A DNA stretch of 32,000 bases from Aliivibrio fischeri ES114. GTDB lineage: Bacteria; Pseudomonadota; Gammaproteobacteria; Enterobacterales; Vibrionaceae. Position 1 is the first letter of the stretch, and the number at the start of each line of letters is the position of its first letter. The stretch is taken from assembly GCF_000011805.1 (NCBI RefSeq), contig NC_006841.2. The stretch is one strand, 5' to 3'. Positions 27,005 to 32,000 of the stretch are shown here, piece after piece. The notes under the pieces were generated by a model. The model did not search any database. It saw nothing but the letters and a program-made list of their open reading frames with translations, and was not told where the DNA came from. The translations under genes were made by a program, and so were the position numbers.

Positions 27005-27037
27005 AAAAACTCCTGATTATCAGGAGTTTTATTTTTT
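27005..27037. terminator. Bidirectional Rho-independent terminator
   Basis: The stem aaaactcctga / tcaggagtttt (core ctcctga 27010-27016, tcaggag 27020-27026) has a 3-nt loop. It is flanked by A6 upstream and ttttattttt downstream, so a T-run follows the hairpin on both strands. Confidence 0.75.
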
Positions 27038-27122
27038 ACCACTTTTTAGCCACATCTTTTGCAGTGTCTTTCCAGTATTGAATTCGCGCACGTTGCAATT
27101 GGGCTTTTCTTGTTCTTTTCAT
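27036..27122 (-). CDS. Possible 28-aa basic micro-protein (not in the ORF track)
   Basis: Hand translation gives MKRTRKAQLQRARIQYWKDTAKDVAKKW*. The ATG at 27122 is preceded by gaaggaagtctctt (a good SD). The stop abuts the bidirectional terminator. No family recognised. Confidence 0.3.
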   Translation of the reverse strand: MKRTRKAQLQRARIQYWKDTAKDVAKKW

Positions 27123-27364
27123 AAGAGACTTCCTTCTAACATTCATTTACTCGTCAATGAGCAACTTCATGAATTTCCTTACCCTTTGAATCTATCGAAG
27201 AGTTGCTCACATTGCGAGGATCAAGATCACGAATATTTAAACGTACCGCGTGTTTTTACTTTATTTATATGATCTTAATACCACTTATCCCCATTCTTAA
27301 TACAAAAGCGCAATTCTTCTTTCACACCATACTGAAACATTAATGACATCATAATTCACTAAAA

Positions 27365-27393
27365 CTGTCAGAAAATCGCCTCAAAATCGTCAT
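27365..27393 (+). promoter_or_regulatory. Pho-box-like array (7-bp repeats on an 11-bp register) upstream of the ABC operon
   Basis: CTGTCAG-aaaa-TCGCCTC-aaaa-TCGTCAT. The outer repeats match the PhoB half-site CTGTCAT at 6/7 and 5/7, with the canonical 4-bp A-rich spacers. A -10-like taggat (27404-27409) lies 10 nt downstream, about 40 nt before the SBP start codon. Confidence 0.35.
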
Positions 27394-27450
27394 AAAGACT
27401 CTCTAGGATGACAATCAAATTATTGATGTAGTCCAAAAGGATAGAGACAA

Positions 27451-28503
27451 ATGAAAACATTGCTAACCAGTGCGACATTACTTGTTACTACTTTATCAAC
27501 GCCATTAATGGCAAAAGAAGCCGACATTCAATCCCTTGTAAATGCAGCCCAAAAAGAAGGCCAAGTATACAGTGTTGGTATGCCGGGAAGCTGGGCAAAC
27601 TGGAAAGATACATGGAACGATTTAAATAAATTGTATGGCCTAAAGCATCAAGATACGGACATGAGTTCAGCTCAAGAAATTGCGAAATTTGCAGCAGAAA
27701 AGAACAACGCCACTGCCGATATCGGTGATATTGGCTTTGCTTTTGCACGAGTCGCAGTAAAAAAAGGCGTAACACAAGCTTATAAACCAACCACTTGGGA
27801 TTCAATTCCAGATTGGGCAAAAGATAAAGACGGTCATTGGGCTCTTGCTTATACAGGCACTATATCTTTCATCTCAAATAATAAGTTAGTGAAAAATCCA
27901 CCGACATCTTGGGATGATTTATTAGAAGGAAACTACAAAGTCAGCGTTGGTGATGTTGGTGTGGCAGCGCAAGCAAACAACGCCGTATTAGCAGCCGCTT
28001 TTGCGAAAGGTGGAGATGAAAGCAATCTAAAACCTGCGATTAAATTCTTTGCGGAGTTAGCCAAACAAGGTCGCTTATCTTATACCGACCCAGGTTTAGC
28101 TAATCTAGAAAAAGGGGAAGTCGAAGTTGCGCTACTGTGGGACTTTAATGCTTTAAATTATCGTGACAAATTAGGGCGAGATCGCTTTAGTGTTAATATT
28201 CCTCAGGATGGTTCTGTTATTTCTGGATATACCACTATCATAAATAAATTTGCTAAAAATCCAAATTCGGCAAAATTAGCACGTGAATACATCTTCAGTG
28301 ATCAAGGACAGATTAACCTAGCAGAAGGTTATGCCCGCCCTATTCGTAGTGATGTTGTGTTGCCACAATCAATCCAAGATAAGTTAATTCCTAACGATCA
28401 ATACACCAATGTTCAGCCTGTAAGTGATTTTAAAGCGTGGGAAAAATCCGCTCGTAAATTACCTCGCCAATGGCAAGAAAACGTATTAATTAACCAGCAG
28501 TAA
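27451..28503 (+). CDS. ABC transporter periplasmic substrate-binding protein (family-1 SBP, Fe3+/AfuA/PotD-like class)
   Basis: Signal peptide MKTLLTSATLLVTTLSTPLMA-KE. It is the ~330-aa first gene of an SBP, enzyme, permease, permease, ATPase string. The exact ligand class is not recognisable by eye. Confidence 0.85.
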   Translation: MKTLLTSATLLVTTLSTPLMAKEADIQSLVNAAQKEGQVYSVGMPGSWANWKDTWNDLNKLYGLKHQDTDMSSAQEIAKFAAEKNNATADIGDIGFAFARVAVKKGVTQAYKPTTWDSIPDWAKDKDGHWALAYTGTISFISNNKLVKNPPTSWDDLLEGNYKVSVGDVGVAAQANNAVLAAAFAKGGDESNLKPAIKFFAELAKQGRLSYTDPGLANLEKGEVEVALLWDFNALNYRDKLGRDRFSVNIPQDGSVISGYTTIINKFAKNPNSAKLAREYIFSDQGQINLAEGYARPIRSDVVLPQSIQDKLIPNDQYTNVQPVSDFKAWEKSARKLPRQWQENVLINQQ

Positions 28504-28512
28504 GAGAATTCC

Positions 28513-29328
28513 ATGAGCAGTAAGACTATTCTTGTTGTTCTCGATGGACTTAATTACCAAGTAGCTCATGATTGTATGGGCTACTTAACAGGGTTAATTG
28601 AGCACCAAAGAGCAACGCTATATAAAATTCAATCCGAATTACCTTCAATGTCTCGCCCATTATATGAGTGTTTATTAACGGGTATATCTCCTGTAAATAG
28701 TGGCATTGTAAACAATGATATTGTGCGATTATCTAACCAAGATTCCATATTCAGTTTAGCGACAAGCCAAGGTAAAACTACGGCAGCCGCCGCTTATCAC
28801 TGGGTTAGTGAACTCTATAATATCGCTCCTTATCATGCGACACGTGATCGCTTTACCAACAGCAAGCAACTCAACATTCAGCATGGTTGTTTCTATCATT
28901 GGGATCACTACCCTGATGAAGCGCTATTTCTTGATGCTGAGCACCTGCGTCGTACGCACCAACCAGATTTTTTATTAATCCACCCAATGAATATTGATGA
29001 TGTTGGGCATAAATTTGGTCTGGATTCTCGTCAATATCGAAATAGTGCCCGCACTGCTGACATTATTTTATCTAACTACATTGATGACTGGGTAAACGAC
29101 GGCTATCAAGTCCTTATTACCAGCGATCATGGTATGAATAACGATCTATCACATGGTGGAAATCTACCAGAAGAGCGTGACGTCCCCTTATTTGTTATTG
29201 GAGAGCGCTTTACTCACCAAGCATCCGATAACATCCAGATTAAGCAAACGGATATTTGCGGTGTGTTATGTCAATTATTAAGCCTTAAACACAACAAAAC
29301 CTATCCTCAGGAATTATTAGTATTATGA
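28513..29328 (+). CDS. Alkaline-phosphatase-superfamily enzyme (type I phosphodiesterase/nucleotide pyrophosphatase-like), cytoplasmic
   Basis: The metal-ligand landmarks of the superfamily appear in order: ILVVLDGL (N-terminal Asp), LPSMSRPLYECLLTG (Ser/Thr nucleophile region), MNIDDVGHKFG (Asp-His) and LITSDHGMN (Asp-His). No signal peptide. The stop overlaps the next start (ATGA at 29325-29328). Confidence 0.8.
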   Translation: MSSKTILVVLDGLNYQVAHDCMGYLTGLIEHQRATLYKIQSELPSMSRPLYECLLTGISPVNSGIVNNDIVRLSNQDSIFSLATSQGKTTAAAAYHWVSELYNIAPYHATRDRFTNSKQLNIQHGCFYHWDHYPDEALFLDAEHLRRTHQPDFLLIHPMNIDDVGHKFGLDSRQYRNSARTADIILSNYIDDWVNDGYQVLITSDHGMNNDLSHGGNLPEERDVPLFVIGERFTHQASDNIQIKQTDICGVLCQLLSLKHNKTYPQELLVL

Positions 29329-30212
29329 GTAGTTCTGCAGTCACTCACCCAAGCAACGCATCAAATAAATCGATTGTTGCTTGGATAAAGAAAATGAAAC
29401 CAGCAATTTGGCTTACTCCATTAGCACTGTTTTTTTATCTCTTTCAATTGGCGCCTATGATTTGGGTATTCATCAATAGTTTCATTTATGAAGATGAATA
29501 CTCATTTGAAAACTACCAAGAAATATTCGATTCTAGCTTTATGATACAAGGGTTTAGTAACAGTCTATGGTTATCGATATGGTCTAGCTTAATAGGCTTA
29601 ATGATTGCGACACTCTTGGTTTCGTCACTTCGTCGCATTGATAGTAAGCTACGTGATGGCGTTATTGCTTTCACTAACATGAGCAGTAATTTTTCAGGTG
29701 TACCATTAGCGTTTGCTTTCATTATTATTCTTGGTGTCAATGGGGCGTTTACCCTATTGCTTAAACAATATGGACTAATTGATGATTTTAATCTCTATGG
29801 AAAATGGGGATTGCTTTCTCTATACATCTACTTTCAGATCCCACTTGCCGTGTTATTACTTTATCCCGCTTTTGATGCATTAAGTGATGATTGGCAAGCG
29901 GCTTCAGCATTACTTGGCGCTAAAACATGGCAGTACTGGACCAAAATAGCGCTGCCAGTACTCTTCCCTGCGCTACTAGGTACATTCATTATTCTTATCG
30001 CTAACGCCATCGGGGCTTATGCGAGTGTATATGCCTTAACTAATGGTAACTACAACGTAATTACTGTACGTATCGCTAGCCTTGTTTCTGGTGATTTATT
30101 CCTAGAACCAAATTTAGCGGCCGCTATCTCCGTTATATTAATGGCCATTCTGGCTTTTATTACCACAGTTAATCAGTGGCTTATAGCTAGGAGTTATCAT
30201 GCAAAACGCTAA
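29325..30212 (+). CDS. ABC transporter permease
   Basis: Polytopic protein with the EAA-loop-like motif DDWQAASALLGAKTWQYWTKIALPVLFPAL. Its start is coupled to the upstream gene by a 4-nt overlap. Confidence 0.85.
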   Translation: MSSSAVTHPSNASNKSIVAWIKKMKPAIWLTPLALFFYLFQLAPMIWVFINSFIYEDEYSFENYQEIFDSSFMIQGFSNSLWLSIWSSLIGLMIATLLVSSLRRIDSKLRDGVIAFTNMSSNFSGVPLAFAFIIILGVNGAFTLLLKQYGLIDDFNLYGKWGLLSLYIYFQIPLAVLLLYPAFDALSDDWQAASALLGAKTWQYWTKIALPVLFPALLGTFIILIANAIGAYASVYALTNGNYNVITVRIASLVSGDLFLEPNLAAAISVILMAILAFITTVNQWLIARSYHAKR

Positions 30213-30984
30213 TACCGCATTTCATAAATTGGTGGTTTACTCTATTGTCGGATTAATGATGATCCCCATCATCGCTACTTTTATTTATTCGATTTCATCT
30301 CGTTGGGGAGCCACCATTTTACCCGATGGATTTTCTCTACAATGGTATGGTCAACTCTTAACCGATGAGCGATTTTTAGCCGCTTTTGGACGCTCATTAT
30401 TTATTGGTATTTCTGCATTAACGCTGAGTGTTGTCTTAATTATCCCAGCTATTTTTGTTGTGTTTTATTACTTTCCAAAACTCGACAAAGTAATGAATAT
30501 TCTGATCTTATTGCCTTTTGCAGTACCACCAGTGGTCTCCTCTGTTGGGTTATTGCAAATCTATGCAGATAGCAGTATTCCTTTGGTTGGGACTCCTTGG
30601 ATATTAATTGGAACCTACTTTACCATTGCACTTCCATTTATGTACCGCGCTATCGCAAATAGCTTTGAATCCATTAATTTACAAGATCTTATGGATGCTG
30701 CTCATTTATTAGGGGCCAGTACAACAAGAGCATTTCTCTTGATCATTCTTCCGAATTTACGTAAAGGTTTAATGGCCTCACTTTTTCTCTCTTTCTCTTT
30801 TTTACTAGGTGAATTTGTCTTCGCTAATATCTTGGTTGGCACACGCTATGAAACCTTACAAATCTATCTCTACAATATGCGTCAAACCAGCGGACACTTC
30901 ACGTCTGCATTAGTGATGACCTACTTCTTGTTTATCTTTTTACTGACTTGGTTAGCAAGTCGCTTTAACCGAGGTATTAAATAA
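30199..30984 (+). CDS. ABC transporter permease
   Basis: Polytopic protein with the EAA-loop-like motif LMDAAHLLGASTTRAFLLIILPNLRKGL. It overlaps the upstream gene by 14 nt. Confidence 0.85.
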   Translation: MQNANTAFHKLVVYSIVGLMMIPIIATFIYSISSRWGATILPDGFSLQWYGQLLTDERFLAAFGRSLFIGISALTLSVVLIIPAIFVVFYYFPKLDKVMNILILLPFAVPPVVSSVGLLQIYADSSIPLVGTPWILIGTYFTIALPFMYRAIANSFESINLQDLMDAAHLLGASTTRAFLLIILPNLRKGLMASLFLSFSFLLGEFVFANILVGTRYETLQIYLYNMRQTSGHFTSALVMTYFLFIFLLTWLASRFNRGIK

Positions 30985-32000
30985 TGAGCTATGTAAACGT
31001 AAACCAATTAACAAAACGTTTTGGTGACAATACGGTTTTTGAAAACGTAAATTTTAATATAGAAAAAGGCGAGTTTATTACTTTGCTAGGTCCAAGCGGA
31101 TGCGGTAAATCAACCCTACTTCGTAGCTTAACAGGGTTAGATCCTATCAATAATGGGGAAATTTGGGTTAATGGCGAAAACATAACAGAACAAACACCAC
31201 AGCAACGTGGTATTGGCATGGTATTTCAATCTTATGCGCTTTTTCCAAATATGACCGTGAAAGAAAACATCGCTTTTGGTTTAAAAATGAAAAAGATAGA
31301 CGTAAATACGATTGAAAAAGAAGTCTGTAAAGTTATTGAATTAGTTGATTTAAACGGTAAAGAAGATCGCTACCCTCATCAACTTTCAGGTGGGCAACGT
31401 CAACGAGTAGCACTCGCTAGGGCTCTGGTTGTAAAACCGAGGATCTTATTACTTGATGAGCCTTTATCTGCACTTGATGCCAAAATAAGAAAGCGTCTCC
31501 GTCAACAAATCCGCGATATTCAAAAAGAACTAAACTTAACAACGATCTTTGTTACTCATGATCAAGAAGAAGCCATGATCATGTCAGATCGCATCTTCTT
31601 AATGAATCAAGGTGAAATTGTTCAGCAAGGATCACCCGAAGAGATCTATACTCAACCTGCAAACGAATTTGTGGCAAGCTTCATGGGACATTACAATTTG
31701 GTTGATGCTCCAAAAGCCAAACAGTTATTTGATATTGAAACCGAGTGGAAAGTCGCTATACGCCCTGAATCGATTTATGTAAAAGAAGAAGGCAGGCACT
31801 ATGCTAAACATATTTCTCTACCAAAACAAGGGATTATCAAAAATCATCAACTGCTTGGTAATGTCATTCGCTACCAAGTAGATGTTAATGACTGCGACTT
31901 AACCGTTGATTTACTCAATCGTTCGTCAGAAAGATTATTAGCAGCGGGAAGCAAACTAGAGTTACTTTTTAATCTTAACGAAATTCAGCCAGTGAGAGCC
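30984..32000 (+). CDS. ABC transporter ATP-binding protein (PotA/FbpC-like), 3'-truncated by the window edge
   Basis: Not in the ORF track because no stop is reached. The ATG at 30984 overlaps the permease stop (TAATG). Walker A is GPSGCGKST, the Q-loop is MVFQSYALFP, the signature is LSGGQRQRVALARAL, Walker B is ILLLDEPLSALD and the H-loop is VTHDQEEA. The frame stays open for 339 codons to base 32000. Confidence 0.9.
   Translation, partial: MSYVNVNQLTKRFGDNTVFENVNFNIEKGEFITLLGPSGCGKSTLLRSLTGLDPINNGEIWVNGENITEQTPQQRGIGMVFQSYALFPNMTVKENIAFGLKMKKIDVNTIEKEVCKVIELVDLNGKEDRYPHQLSGGQRQRVALARALVVKPRILLLDEPLSALDAKIRKRLRQQIRDIQKELNLTTIFVTHDQEEAMIMSDRIFLMNQGEIVQQGSPEEIYTQPANEFVASFMGHYNLVDAPKAKQLFDIETEWKVAIRPESIYVKEEGRHYAKHISLPKQGIIKNHQLLGNVIRYQVDVNDCDLTVDLLNRSSERLLAAGSKLELLFNLNEIQPVRA

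Noticed and set aside
27078-27272. 64-aa plus-strand ORF in the LysR-ABC spacer
   Set aside because: It has no SD and starts with a non-ATG codon (ttg), giving an unremarkable peptide. The opposite strand carries a more convincing SD, micro-ORF and terminator unit (27036-27122).
27488-31219. Minus-strand ORFs 27488-27820, 29513-29740 and 30989-31219
   Set aside because: They are antisense to the SBP, permease and ATPase genes of the ABC operon, all of which have clear family motifs.
1-32000. Search by eye for CRISPR arrays, tRNA/rRNA genes, IS elements, integrases and prophage genes
   Set aside because: I saw no regularly spaced direct repeats, no tRNA-like T-arm/acceptor patterns, no transposase or integrase-like ORFs, and no long terminal inverted repeats. 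A visual scan cannot exclude short or degenerate elements.

Overview
This looks like a chromosomal window from an AT-rich gammaproteobacterium, probably a Vibrionaceae member. That assignment is inferred from the protein families present (chemoreceptors with a GGEP/GGDP motif ahead of the HAMP domain, PepE, YddG, AI-2E transporter, bacterial RIO kinase) and cannot be verified without a database search. I support roughly 40 protein-coding genes. I saw no rRNA, tRNA, CRISPR array, IS element, integrase or transposase. The window is a compositional mosaic. Genes of ordinary composition are an AEC transporter, an outer-membrane beta-barrel, two LysR regulators, a bicupin, pepE, a RIO kinase, an alpha/beta hydrolase, an AI-2E transporter, yddG, and a 5-gene ABC uptake operon with an embedded alkaline-phosphatase-superfamily enzyme. 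These are interrupted by blocks that are visibly much more AT-rich and encode N/K/I-rich proteins. The AT-rich blocks carry four of the five methyl-accepting chemotaxis protein (MCP) genes; the fifth, at 8876-10507, has ordinary composition. Four of the five MCP genes form one divergent cluster at 5.1-12.4 kb. The blocks also carry an orphan ModA-like periplasmic binding protein at the end of an MCP gene string, a degenerate EAL-only protein beside an orphan GT9 glycosyltransferase, and a ~3.7 kb island (20.2-23.9 kb) with a ToxT/Rns-sized AraC regulator surrounded by small ORFs of no family I recognise. The best candidates for something undescribed are: (i) the AraC-centred orphan island, (ii) the small-protein/MCP/orphan-binding-protein string at 10535-13222, and (iii) the EAL-degenerate/GT9/small-ORF string at 13688-16022. 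By eye I also found small genes missing from the ORF track: a 56-aa double-CxxC zinc-ribbon protein (25797-25967, minus), a 28-aa basic micro-ORF (27036-27122, minus), a 58-aa signal-peptide ORF (15846-16022, minus), a 39-aa basic ORF (20235-20354, minus), and the 3'-truncated ABC ATPase (30984 to the window end). All functional calls rest on motif recognition by eye. No searches or computations were run.
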